Shown piece after piece: positions 11,145-24,659 of a stretch of DNA of 64,000 nucleotides; positions within the stretch are counted from its first letter, which is position 1; each line of letters opens with the position of its first letter. Position numbers and translations under genes: made by a program. The stretch covers positions 152,892,001 through 152,956,000 of the forward strand of contig NC_082710.1 in assembly GCF_030144855.1 (NCBI RefSeq), read 5' to 3'. The notes beneath the pieces are model-generated. The model did not search any database. It saw nothing but the letters and a program-made list of their open reading frames with translations, and was not told where the DNA came from. Origin of the DNA: Hypanus sabinus (Eukaryota).

Positions 11145-13380
11145 AACCATAGAACCATAAAACACTACAGCACAGAAAGTAGGCCATTTGGCCCTTCTAG
11201 TCTGTGCTGAAACTTTATTCCGCTAGTCCCATTATCTGCATCCAGTCGAAAACCCTCCGGACCTCTTCCATCCATACACCTATCCAATTTATTCTTAAAT
11301 CTTAAGAGTGAGCCTGCATTTACCATGCTAGATGGCAGCTCATTCCACAATTCTGCCACTCTGAGTGAAGAAATTCCCCCTAATGTTCCCCCTAAACCTT
11401 TCCCCTATCACCCCAAAGCCATGTCCTCTCATATTTATCTCTCCTAACCTGTGGAAAGAGCCTACTCACATTTACTCTGTCTATATCCCTCATAATTTTG
11501 TAAACCTCTATCAAATCCCCCCTCATTCTTCTACACTCCAAGGAATAAAGTCCTCTCCTGTTCAATCTTTCACTGTAACTCAACTCCTGAAGACCTCAGC
11601 AACATCCTCGTAAATCTTCTCCACACATGTTCAATCTTACTGATATCCTTCCTATAGTTCGCTGACCATAACTGTACACAGTACTCCAAATTTGGCCTCG
11701 CCGATGTCTTATACAACTTCCCAGTAACATCCCAACTCCTATACTCAATACTTTGATTTATGAATGCCAGCATGCCAAAAGCCTTCTTTACAACCCTGTC
11801 TAACTGTGATGCCAGTTTCAGGGAATTATGTATCTGAACTGCCAGATCTCTTTGTTTCTTCACACTCCTCAGTGCCCTACCATTTGCTGTGTATGTCCTA
11901 TCTTGATTTGTCCTTCCAAAATGCAACACCTCACACTTGTCTGTATTAAAATCCATCTGCCATTTTCCTGCCCATTTTTCCAGTTGGTCCAGATCCCTCT
12001 GCAAGCTTTGAAAGCCTTTCTCGCTGTCCACAAGGCCTCCAATCCTAGTGTCATCAGTAAACTTGTTGATCCAATTTACCACATTATTATCTAGATCATT
12101 GATATAGACAACAAACAACAATGGTCCTAGCACAGATCCTAGTCACAGGCCTCCTGTCTGATAAGCAATCATCCACTACCAATCTCTGTCTTCTCCCACA
12201 CAGCCAATTTGGAATCCAGTTTACAACCTCTCCATGAATAACAAGTGTCTGAATCTTCTGAACTAACCTCCCATTTGGGACCTTATCAAAGGCCTTACTA
12301 AGGTCCATGTGGACAATATCCATAGTGTTTCCTTTGTCTTCTTTCTTGTTAACCTCCTTGAAAAACTCTACAAGATTCATTAAACACAATCTACTATGCA
12401 TGAAGCCACGCTGACTATCTTTAAACAGCCCTTGGCTGTCCAAATACTTCTATATCCGATCTCTCAGAACACCTTCCAATAGTTTATCTACTACTGATGC
12501 CAGGCTCACTGTAATTACCTGGTTGGCTTTTGGAGCCCTTTCTAATCAACAGAACAACATGAGCTGCCCTCCAATCCTCCTGCACCATACCCATGCCTAA
12601 GGACATTTTAAATATTTCTGCCAAGGCTCCTGCAATTTCCACACTAGTCTCCCTCAAGGTCCAAGGAAATATTATGTCAGGCCCAGGGATTTATCTACCT
12701 TTGTTCACTGTAAGGCAGCAAGCACCTCCTCCTCCTTAATCTCTATATGTTCAAAGACACTGCTGCTTGTTTCCCTTCCTTCCATATATGCTATGCCAGT
12801 TTCCTGAGTAAATACTGATGCTGAAAATTTGTTTAAGATCTCTCCCATCTCATGAGGCTCCACAGAAAGATGACCACTTTGATCTTCTATGGTACCAATT
12901 TTGTCCCTTACTATCTTTTCACGCTTAATATACTTGTAGAAACCCTTCAGGTTTACCGTGACATTATCTGCCAAAGCAACCTCATGTCTTCTTTTTGCCT
13001 TCCTGATTTCCTTCTTCAGTATTTTCTATACTCTTCAAGAACCTCATTTGTTCCTTGTTCCCTATACCTGCTATACACCTCTCTTTTTTTTCTTAACTAG
13101 ATCACCAAATTCCCTTGAAAACCAAGGTTCCCTCTGCTTGTTAACTTTGCCTTTAATCCTGGCATGAACATGCATACTCTACACTCTCAAATTTCCACCT
13201 TTGAATGCCATCCACAGTCTGAACAAATCCTAGCCAGAAAACAACTTATCCCAATCCACTCTTCTGAGATCCTTTCTCATTTCCTCAAAATTGTCCTTCT
13301 CCAATTTAGAAACTTAACTCAAGGACCAGACCCATCCTTATCCATAATTAACTTGAAACTGATGACATTATGATCACTGG
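11145..13380 (-). mobile_element. CR1 LINE ORF2 (RT), 5'-truncated
   Basis: ORFs 12096-12443 (DLSKAFDKVPNGRLVQK) and 11570-12133 (LGPLLFVVYINDLD..KFTDDTRIGG..WQMDFNTDKCEVLHFG); CR1 tail with ggttctat repeats at 11145-11165. Confidence 0.9.
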
Positions 13381-13453
13381 ACCAAAAATGTTTGCTTACA
13401 CATACTTCTATCACCCCACATTCTTACTTTGACTTCTTATCTCTTTTTTTTTC

Positions 13454-13491
13454 CAGTCCTGATGAAGGTTCTCGATCTGAAACTTAGACTG
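13454..13491 (+). ncRNA. Penelope-associated minimal hammerhead ribozyme-like motif
   Basis: CAGTC-CTGATGA-aggttctcgatct-GAAAC-TTA-GACTG: core boxes CUGAUGA and GAAA, with stem I CAGTC/GACTG intact. Confidence 0.5.
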
Positions 13492-14444
13492 TTTTCTCTT
13501 TTCCATAGATGTTACCTGACCTGATGAGTTCCTCCAGCAATTTGTGTGCATGGCAACAATCGTAATAATTTTAGCAAATATAATAGAACTCTAAACATTC
13601 ACTGTGACTCTATGAATAAAAATACATTGTATGGTTTATTCTTGTAAATATTTTTATAATGCATAAAAGATTATTTTGATTTTAATAAAACATGAAACAG
13701 GCCTTTCTGTGCAACCATGATGCCCATGTTCATTCCATTTGCCAATGTTTAGCCCATAACTTTCCAAACCATGTACCTGTTTTTAAAAGCTGTTTCTTTA
13801 TCTATCTCATACAATTTCTTTCGCAGTTCAGTTTATATACAAAGAATACTCTGTTTAAAAATAAGAGTTACCCTGTCTTTCAACAACATTTTGGTTTCTG
13901 CTCCATATTCCAGCATCTGCAGTCTCTTGTGCCTCCATCTGCCCAGCACCCCTTTCCGTACCTCCCTCCCTCTGCTCTGTTGTTCCTGGAAACACAAGGA
14001 CTGCACTTCAGTGCAACATACACCCACACACTGCAGATATCCCTTCATCGGCTCCTTTACTCTCTAGTTCCACATTGCACTTCTCCTCACATTGTTCACA
14101 TCCATCTTTTTCTCCCAAACCAGATTTCTGTCTACTTCATTCAGGTACATCTACTCTCTATTGCTCCCCATATCCACGGTCTTCCACTCACCTGTGTGCT
14201 CTTCCCCATTTCCCAATCCTCCCTCTCTCCCCCGTACTCTCTCCTCTCCTCATAGAGTCAGATTCATGGAGCACAGGCCTAGGTCATTTGGCCCAGCTCA
14301 AACATGCAGAATTGTTAGTCCTCATAGTGCCATCAAATCAAACATGGACAGCACTCCAGGCCCCTCCTATGCATGTACTTAACCAATCCTCTCATAAGTG
14401 TTGCAAACAAACCTACATTCACCACCTCCCCTGGCAGGTTAGAC

Positions 14445-17400
14445 GCCCCCCCTTTTCAAATTGTTTTATTGCATTATTATCAGTTAAATGAACATATCAA
14501 TAATAACAATATCAAGAGAACAGAATTACAATAATAGCTATAACACATACAAACATAAGTTCCAAATATAACATCCAGACATATCCACCTGATCTCCTGA
14601 TAATTGAAGGAGGAAAAAGTTGCAAAGATTTGTTTAGAAGAAAAAGAAACAAATATCCCCTAAACTAAATAGTAAACAAATCACAAAAAAACTGGGCTGC
14701 CATAATATGTTAAATATAATTATTCTGTCCTTGACTCCATTCCTCCTTCCATAAATGGTTAAGTATTAGGAAAAAGGATTCAGAAAAAAGAAAAGAAAAA
14801 TCAACTTAAGACATATGTATGGAAATATTGAATAAAAAACTCGCAAGTTTCCTCGAACTTAATCGTGCCACTCCTAATTTTTGCTAGGTTTAAACAAGCT
14901 ATAGTTTGAGAGAACCATTGAAGTGTAGTAGGGGGATCAAAATCTTTCCATTTAAATAAAATGGATCTTCTAGTCATCAGTGTAACAAATGCTATCAAAC
15001 AGCAGGCTGAAGATGATAAACAACTAGAATCAATCATTGTTAATCCAAAAATTGCAGTAATTGATTGAATTGTAAATCAATATGTAAATCTGCTGAAACA
15101 ATATCAAAGATGTCTTTCCAATATTTTTTCAAAAGGGGGCAGGACCAAAACATACAGGTTAAAGAAGCAACTTCAGAGTTACATCTGTCACACATAGGAT
15201 TTATATGGGAATAAAAAATGGGCTAGTTTGTCTTTTGACATATTTGTTCAATGAACCACTTTAAATTGTACTAAAGTATGTCTAGCAAACATTGAATAAT
15301 TATTAACTAATTTAAGAATCTTTTCCCGTTCTTCTATGGATATACTTACTTTAAGTTCTTGTTCCCATTCATTGTTTATTTTATCAAATATATCTGAAGA
15401 GATTTTCATGATCATATTGTAGATAGTTGCTATTACACTCTTTTCTAAAGGATTTCAACTTAAATTTTTTTCTGTAATTTCAGCTTGATGTCATCAGAAA
15501 GGTAGGCAAAATAACATTCAAAAATTTCTAATCTGTAGATATCTAAAAAAGTGTGATCTAGGCAAATTGTATTTATTAGATAACAGTTCAAAAGACATAA
15601 AACAGTTATCCATGAATAAATCACAAAAATAGTTTATTCCTTTCATTCACCAAAGATGAAAGGCTTGATCAATTCTAGATGGTTGAAAAAAATTAAATAA
15701 AATAGGGCAAGAAAGGGTAAATTTATTCAAATCAAAAAAATTTACAAAATTGAAACCATATTCATATTGTATATTTAATTATTGGGTTAGTAATTTGTTT
15801 GTTCAATTTAGTAAATGCAAAGGAGAGTGAAGCCCCTAAAATAGATGCTAATAAAAATCCTTGCACAGACTCACATTCAAGGTTCAGCCACCTTGGATTT
15901 CAGGTTTTATCTAACTCTAGGTAAAACTGTCATCTTAATAGCATTGATTCAGCCAACTAATGATAAAGACATTGGAGATCATTTAATTAATAATTGTTTA
16001 ATATGATCAATTAATGGTAAGAAATTAGCCGTAAATAGGTCCTGAAGTTTCTGAGTAATTTTCACCCCTATATACATAAATATCTGTAGCCAATCTAAAT
16101 GGAAGACTTCTGTAACTTAAAGTTTTCGTATTTAATGGGAATAACTGACTCTTATTAAAGTTTAAGTTATAACCAGAAAAGCTACGAAATTGAGCAAGTA
16201 ATTATATTACTAAAGGAAGGGATTTCTCTGGATTAGAAATATATAATAACAAGTCATCTGCAAATAATGATACCCTATGTGTTTCATTGCCCCACATAAT
16301 GCCAAATATATTTGGTGAATCTCGAAAAGCAATTGCCAGGGGTTCAAAAGCAATGTCAAATAGTAAAGGACTTAAAGGGCAGCCCCGCCTAGTATCACGA
16401 AAAAGCCTAAAAAAATGAGAACTCTGACTATTTGTAACCACAGAGGCTAAAGGAGTGTGATACATCAATTTAATCCAAGATATAAACTTTTGACTGAAAT
16501 TAAATTTCTGAAGTGCATAGAACAAATATTTCCATTCAATTCTGTCAAATGCCTTCTCAGCATCCAATGAAATAATGCATTCTGCAATTTTAGGTGAGGA
16601 AGTATATATAATATTCAATAATCTCCTAACATTAAAGCATGAGTAACGATTTTTATAAATCCTGTCTGACCTTCTGAAACAATTTTGTACAAATAGTTTT
16701 CCAATCAGATTGTCATTATTTTAGAGAGAATTTTAAAATCTACATTCAACAGAAAAATTAGTCTGTATGAAGCATATGCAGTAGGGTCTTTATTTTTTTT
16801 TAAGAACTAAGGAAATGGATGCTTTATACAAGGATTGTGGTAGTTTACCTATCAATAAGGCATCATTAAAAGCTCTACTTAACCAAGGAGAGAGTAAATC
16901 AGAAACACATTTTTTAAATTGTACCGTATATCCATCCATATCAGGGGCTTTACCAGAGTTCATTAAAGAAATTGCTGTCTGTATTTCTTCCTACATAATC
17001 GGTGTATCTAATAGTAAACATTCATCACATGATAGTTTGGGGATATTCAATTTCCCTAAGAATTCATGCATTGTAGTAGTGTCGTCAGGGAATTCTGATT
17101 GATATAAAGAAGTATAGAATTCTTGAAAAGATTTGTTAATCTCATTATGGTCAACTGTAAAATTGCCATCCTGTTTACAAATTTTAATCATCTGGCGTTT
17201 AACAGAAACTGTTTTCAATTGATTGGCCAATAATTTCCCCGATTTATCACCATGTACATAAAAATGAGATTTAGGTTTAAGTTAACTGCTTTTCAATGGG
17301 AGATGTTAATAACAAACTATGTTGCATCTGAAGTTCAACTCTCTTTTTATAAAGCTCCAAATTGGGGTAACTGAATATTATTTAACAATTTCTTTAATCT

Positions 17401-18345
17401 TATTAACCAATATACACATTTCATTATTGGTTCACCTTTTTAATCCAGCAGAGTATGAAATAATTTGTCCACGAATCTGTGCTTTAAAAATTTCCCATAA
17501 CATCCCGCTGGAAATTCCTTCAGTGGAGTTAGTTGAAAAGAATGAAGTGATCTGTTCTTTAATGAAAATAACAAACTTTAAGTCTTGAAGTAAGGTCGAG
17601 TTGAGCTGCCATTGTCTAGTTCTAAAACTTACATCAGCTTATTTAATTGATAACTTCAGAGGTGCATGCTTAGAAATAGTAATTGCATCATAATCACAAG
17701 CAATGGCAGATGGTACTAATCAGGAGTCAATAAAAAATAATCAATTCTAGAATAATTGTGATATACATGACAGAGAAAAGAAAGCTCTTTATCATTAGGG
17801 TGTAGAAGCCGCCAAAAGTTTGATATTCTAGAGTCCACTGAAAAGAAATTAATAAAAATTTAGATTTATTTGTTAGGATTTGATTAACTGAAGATATATT
17901 CATCAAAGTATTCAAACGGCAATTAAAGTCACCACCCATTATCAACTTATATCCATTTCAGTTAGGGAATTTTGCAAATAATTTCTTTAAAAATCAGGAT
18001 AATCGACATTTGAAGCATAAATATTAACCATAACAACTTTTAAATTATAAAGTAAATTGGTGATCAACAAAAATCTACCAGTTGGGTCTGAAATTGTCTC
18101 ATAATGAATGAATGGAATTGAAGAATCAATAAATATAGAAACACCTTTCACCTTTGTGGATGAATTAGAAAGAAACAGCATGTCCCTAGAAAATCTAAAG
18201 GAATGTTGATTGTCCTCCTTTGTATAATTTGAGCTTTCAGTCTATTAAATATTTTTTTTAAAAAATTCTGTTTAATGAGATGGTTCAAACCATTAGTATT
18301 CCATGAAACAAAATTAATAGTCTTATCCATTTTCAATAAGTAAAT
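14445..18345 (-). mobile_element. L1-clade LINE ORF2, near full length, degenerate
   Basis: Endonuclease N-terminus KTINFVSWNTNGLN and IMGGDFNC; RT ISLDAEKAFDRIEW..RRGCPLSPLLF..SLFADDLLLYISNP; AT-rich; AATAAA near the 3' end at about 14460-14475. Confidence 0.9.
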
Positions 18346-18389
18346 CATATAATGTATAAAGGGTTAATCATGCTGAAAGGAAGTCATGT

Positions 18390-20295
18390 TCTCCCCAAGA
18401 TCCACAAGCCTGACTGTCTCAGTAGACCCATAGTTTTGGCCTGCTCCTGCCCCACCAAACTTGTTTCTGTCTACCTGGACTCCATTTTGTCACCCATAGA
18501 TTAGTCCCTCCCCACCTACATCTGGGATACTTCCCATGCCCTCCACCTCTTCAATAACTTCCTGTTCCCCGGTCCTGACCGCTTCATTTTCATTATGGAT
18601 GTCCAGTCCTTATACACTTCAACTCCCCATCAAGAAGGCCTTAAAGTCCTCTGCTACTTTCTTGATAATAGACCTCACCAGTTCCCCAACTCCACCACAC
18701 TCCTCCGGTTGGCAGAACTAGTACTCACACTTCATAACTTCTCTTTTGGCTCTTCCCACTTTCCTCAGACCAAGGGTGTAGTTATGGACACTCGCATGGG
18801 CCCCAGCTATGCCTGCCTCTTCGTTGGTTATGTTAAACAGTCTATATTCCAAATCTATACTGGCACTGCTCCCCAAATTTTCCTTCGCTACATTGACGAC
18901 TACATTGGTGCTGCTTCCTGCACCCATGCTGAGCTCATCAATTTCATCGACTTTGCCTCTAAATTTTACCTCGAATTCACTTGGTGAATTTTGGACTCTA
19001 TTCTCCCCTTTCTTGATCTCTCAGTCTCCATCTCTGGAGACAGACTTCTATAAACCCACTGAGTCTCATAACTACCTCGACTATACCTCTTCCCACCCTG
19101 CAAAATACAAAATCGCTATTCTCCTTTCCCATTTCCTCCATCTCCACTGCATCTGCTCCCAGGCTGAGGCTTCTCATTCAAAGACATCACAAATATCCTC
19201 TTTCTTTTAGGATTGTGGTTTCACTTCTGCAGTCATCAATGATGCCCTCACCCACATCTCCTCCATTTCCTGCACTTCGGCCCTCACCCCCTCCTCCCTT
19301 CACCACAACAGGGACTGAGTTCCCCTTGTCCTCACCTACCACCCCACCATCCTCTGGATCCAGCATATTATCCTCCGCAACTTCTGCCACCTTCAAAAGG
19401 ACCCCACCACCAAGCACATCTATCCCTCTCTACCCTTTCCGCTTTCTGCAGGGATCATTCCCTCCACGACTCCCTGGTCCACAAGTCCTTCCCCACGGAT
19501 CTCCCACCTTGCACTTATCCCTGTAAGCGTAAGTGCTACACCTGTCTCCACACCTCCTCTCTTACCATAATTCAGGGCCCCAAATAGTTCTTCCAGGTGA
19601 GGCAAAACTTCACTTGTGAGTCTGTTGGGGTCATCTATTGCATTTGGTGCTCCTGGTGCAGACTCCTCTACATTGGCGAGACCCAACGCAGATTAGGGGA
19701 CCGCTTTGTCGAGCACCTCTGCTCTATCCACCACAACAGACAGGATCTCCCAGTTGCCACTTCAGCTCTGCTTCACAATCCCATTCGGATATGTCCATAC
19801 ATGGCCTCCTCTACTGCCATGATGAGGCCAAACTCTGGTTGGAGGAGCAACACCTCATATACCATCTGGGTAGTCTCCAGCCCCTTGGCATGAACATTGA
19901 ATTCGCCAACTTCCAATAATTCCCTCCCTCTCCCTTCACCCATCCCAGTTTCACTCTGCCTCCTCCTCCAGCTGCCTATCACCTCTCTCCTGATTCTGTC
20001 TTCTTCTACTACTCAATGCTTTCACCTTACATTCTTCTCCACCTTTGCTGCCTATCCCCTCCCTGCTCCCCCTCCCCCAACCCTTGATCTTTCCTCTGAT
20101 TGGTTTTTAACCTGACACCCACCAACCTTCTCCTTCCCACCCTCCCCCCACCTTCTTTATAGAGACCCTGACCCTTCCCTCTTCAGTCCTGATGAAGGAT
20201 CTCGTCCCGAAACATTGACCGTTTGTTTCCACGGATACTGCCTGACCTGCTGAGTTCCTCCAGCTTGTTGTACATGTTGATTTGACCACAGCATC
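18390..20295 (+). mobile_element. Penelope-like element (RT + GIY-YIG) with hammerhead-like tail
   Basis: ORF 18595-18987 MDVQSLYTSTPHQEGLK..MGPSYACLFVGYV..FLRYIDDYIG; ORF 19597-19893 FTCESVGVIYCIWCSWCRLLYIGETQRRLGDRFVEHL; CTGATGA..GAAAC at 20189-20213. Confidence 0.9.
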
Positions 20296-20309
20296 TGCAG
20301 TGTACTTTA

Positions 20310-21000
20310 TACCCACTTGGAGTACTGTGCTTAGTTCTGGTCACCTCACTACAGGAAGGATGTAAAAACTATAGAAAGGGTGCAGAAGAGATTTACAAGG
20401 ATATTGCCTGGATTGGTGAGCATGCCCTTGACAATAGGTTGAGTGAACTCGCCCTTTTCTCCTTGAAGTGGTGAGGATTAGAGGTGACCTGATAGAGGTG
20501 TAGTAGATGATGAGAGACATTGATCATGTGCATAGTCAGAGGCTTTTTCCCAGGGCTGAAATAACTTACATGAGAGGGCACATTTTAAGTTGCTTGGAAG
20601 TAGGTACAGAGGAGATGTCAGGGGCAAATTTTTACACAGTGAGTGGTGAGTGCATGGATGCACTCTGCCAGTGACAGTGGTGGAGGCGGATATAATAGGG
20701 TCTTTTAAGAGACTCCTGGGTAGGCACAACTTACTATGAACAAATCCATGATGACTCTCTCTAAACAGGCCATGACTATCCATATACTTATATATCATGT
20801 CCCTGATAATACCTTCCAAAAGTTTACCAACTGATAACTTCCAGTCACTGACCTTTAATTTACCTACTTATTATTAGTCTTGCTTAAATAATCGAACAAC
20901 ATTAGCTATCCAGTCCTTCAGCATTTCACCTGTGCTTAAGGACATTTTAAATACCATTACTAGTGTTCCTATAACTTCTGCGCCAGACTCCCAAAAAGTC
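20310..21000. mobile_element. Two CR1 fragments in opposite orientations
   Basis: 20310-20720 (+) carries LEYCAXFWSPHYRKDVKTIERVQKRFTR; 20730-21000 (-) carries GMVRDMIYKYMDSHGL..SHHGFVH (ORFs 20478-20819 and 20874-21131). Confidence 0.6.
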
Positions 21001-21119
21001 TGGCAGGGACCAGATGAAGGGTCTTGGCCTGAACTGTTTACTCTTTTCCATAGATGCTGCCTGGCCTGTTGAGTTACTCCAGCATTTTGTGTGTGTATTG
21101 TTTTGAAAACAAACTCTGC

Positions 21120-22800
21120 TTCAATACACACAAAATGCTGTAGAAAGTGAGCAGTCTAGGCTGCATCAATGAAAAGGAATAAACAGTCAAAGGTTTGGGC
21201 TGAGACCTTTTATTGGGTTTGGGGGAAAAAACATGAGAAGTTAAAGTAAGAAAGTGTGGGGAGGGGAGGAAAATGTATAAGGTGGTAGGTGATGGGTGAA
21301 ACTGGGAGGAGGGAGAGGTGCAAAGTAAGGAACTTGGACGTCAATTGGTGAAAGAAATCAAGGTCTGATGGAGGGTGAATCTAATAGAAAAAGACCATGA
21401 AAGAAAGTGATGGAGGAGGTGCACCAGAGGCAGATGATGGGCAGGTAAGGATAAAGTTGAGAGAGGGAAACAGGAATGCTGAATGATGAAGGGCGGGAGC
21501 AATTACCGGGTTTGAGAAATCGCTGTTCATTCCATCAGATTGGAAGCTACCCAAATGGAATATAAGGTGTTGGTGTTCCAACCTCACATGGTACTAGAAA
21601 AGGGCATGGATGGACATGTCAGAATGGGTATGGGAAGTAGAATTGAAGTAGGTGGCCTCTGGGATATCCCGTTTTTCTGGCAGATGGTGCGTAGGTGACA
21701 TGGTCTCCCAATCTACGTTGGGTCTCACCTATATACAGGAAGCCACACTGGGAGTATTAACAGTAGATGATCCCTAAAGACTCATAGAAAAGTGACACCT
21801 CACCTGGAAAGACTGATGGGCACCTTAGATAGTAATGAGGGAGAAGATGTAGAGGCAAGTGAGGCACTTTTTCCACTTGCAATGTTAAATTGGAAAAACA
21901 GTGGGGAGGGACAAGTGGACAAGGGAGTGGCATAGGGTACAATTCCTCTGGAAAGCAGAAAGTGTGGGGGGGGGAGGAAAAGATGTGCTTTGTGGGTGGA
22001 ATCCCATTGGAGATGTCAGAAGTTACACAGAATTATGTGCTGAATGTGGAGGCTGGTTGGGTGGTTGGTGAGGAAAAGCAGAACCCTATCACTGGTGGGT
22101 TGGTAGATGGATGGGGTAAGAGCAGACATGCGCAAAATGGTAGAGATGTAGATAATGGAGGAAGGGGAGAAGGAGGAGATCTCATGTTCTGAAGTGAAAA
22201 GCCTCATCCTGAGAGGAGATGCAATAGAGACAGTGGAACTCAGAGGAGATGGCACTTTTACAGTGATAGGGTGGGAAGAAGTATCGTCCAGATAGCTGTG
22301 AAAATTAGTGAGTTTATAAAAGACATTGGTGGATAAACTGTCTCCAGAGATAGAGACAGAGAAAAGGGTGGTTGGTGTCGGAAATGGACCAAGTAAATTT
22401 GAAGGCAGGCTGAAAGCTGCAGACAAAGTTGATGAAGTTGATGAGCTGAGCGTGCGTGCAAGAGGCAGCACTAATGCAGTTGTCAATTTAGCGTAGGAAG
22501 ATTTGTGGAGAAGTGCTGGTATAGGCTTGGAACATGGAACATGAACATGGACATGAAGGTGACAAAAAGGCAGGCATAGCTGGTACTCATACAAGTACCC
22601 AGAGCTACAGCTTTGGTTTGAAGGGAGTGGGAGGAGCAAAAGGAGAAATTATTGAGAGTGAAGACCATTTCCACCATACAGATGAAGCTAGTTGGGTCTG
22701 TTGTCAAGAAAGAAATGGAGAGCTGCAAGTCCCACCAGATGGGGGATGGAAGCACAAAGAAAGAGAGGGAAAGAACTGGCTTCACTTCCAATAATTTCTC
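21120..22800 (-). mobile_element. Penelope-like element, inverted relative to the two upstream copies
   Basis: Minus-strand ORFs 22483-22791 (VFTLNNFSFCSSHSLQTKAVALGTCMSTSYACLF), 22016-22639 (SISGDSLSTNVFYKLT..YLDDTSSHP) and 21381-21587 (RLEHQHLIFHLGSFQSDGMNSDF). Confidence 0.85.
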
Positions 22801-23869
22801 CTTTGGCTTCTCACTGTGCTCTCTCCCTTTCTTGAACTTTGCACTCTGCTGATTTGTTGGAATACTATGTGCAGTTCTACACTAAAGCAAGTGTGCTATA
22901 GTACTGTATAAGTGAGATAAGATTCACCAGGGGGGGTTTCAGTTATGAGGAGAATTGCAAGAGGCACTATCTGTTTCCATTGAACAGGGGAGATTGACAG
23001 AAGACATGATACAAGTTTGTAAAGCTGTTGTGGGATAGAGTGTGTAGATTGCAGGATGCTACTTCTCATATCAACTATCTGCTGTGTTCATGTTGTGGCT
23101 CAGTCTTGCTGTAAGCAATGCAGATGGGTCTGAACACAATTACAGGCAGAGATTGCAACAGTGTTAGTCAACTGACTACAAGTTTTACTTCAACAGTCAA
23201 AAGCACTCAGCACAATTGTCTTGCCAAAAAAAAAATACACAGGCAATTTAAGAGTTCACAGAGAATATAACAAAAAGGCTTCAGATAAGCTGTTTCACAA
23301 GATTCAAGTCTTCAGGAGGAAATCAGGCAAGTCTGGTCACAAAATAAAGGCATTATTTTCACAGGTAAGTCCTTTCACAGGATGGACACAGGTAAATAAA
23401 TCCACAGTGATTGACTAATTCAAGCAGTTGATTCTAACAAACAGAGCAAGTATCAAGACTGAGCTACTGATAGATGCAGCCACCAGCCTTAACACCTCAG
23501 CCAGTTTCAGGTGTGTCTCATAAATCCAACAGAGACTCCTCCCAATGATTAGGAGTGAAGATCTCCCCCCCCCCCAGACAGATGACATCATTGCTCTTGG
23601 AGGTGTCGGCGTGCTTGGGGAGTTACAGTGGGTCCAGGTTCCAGCTGAGACTAGAGTTGTTGTAGACAGATTTTCAGAGCCCTACCAGGTACTCATCAGA
23701 GCCGGTCACCTTGAGAGGGTTCTCCCTCTTGAAAGACAGTCTGATGGCAGGCTCCAAAACAGAGATCACAGGGTCACTGGGTGCTGCAGGGATCCTCATA
23801 GCTGTAGTTTTATTCTCCCTTTCAAAGTGTGCTTAAAAGGCATTGTGCTCACCTAGGAGAGAAGGGTGT

Positions 23870-24410
23870 GCTGTTTCATGCCTGCTTATTGCATCACTCA
23901 ATTTGTCTAGTGGCTGTTTGACGCTGGCCTGAGGTGATTTGTAAACTACTACATCTCACCTCATGTTAGCTGAAACTCACGCAGCAGATAAAATGGTCGC
24001 TAGATATTCTAGGCCAGGTGAGCAGGACTGGGACAGCACCACCATGTTTGAACAGCACAAAGAGTTGATCATAAAGTATTGACACCTTCTTTACCTTTGA
24101 CTCAGTCCTGTCTTGGTGGTGAATTGTGAAATCATTGAGCTTTATCGTTACGTCCTCAATGGCAGAGAATGTCCAAGTCTCTGTAAAACAAACAACACCA
24201 CAGCTGTTAATATGCCTCTGGTACAGCAATCTTGCTCTGAGATCTTCAATTTTATTTACCAGCGACTCTACACTTCACTGCAGTGAATGGGAATACTTGA
24301 TGATTTCCATCGAGCTGTTTGCAGGAGACGCCTTTTTTATGGCACCCCAGCCAATGATTTCCTCAGAGACTTTTAGGCCCAGCAGTCATCATCTCCTGCT
24401 TTAATGACAT
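23870..24410 (-). mobile_element. Rex1/Babar endonuclease fragment
   Basis: ORF 23966-24229 LYQRHINSCGVVCFTETWTF..FTIHHQDRT. Confidence 0.65.
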
Positions 24411-24659
24411 TCATTTTGTTAGGAATGTAACTGTTTGCTGATGATTTTGCAGTGCTTTGGGTGGTAGAGACTGAGTCTAGTCAAGACACTTTTTATTGTC
24501 ATTTTGACCATAACTGCTGCTACAGTACGCAGTAAAAATGAAACAACATTTTTCAGGACCATGGTGCTACATGAACAAAAACTACACTGAACTACACTGA
24601 ACTACTTAAACAAACACAAAAACTACACTAGACTAGGGGATCTCATAGAGATTTCAAAG

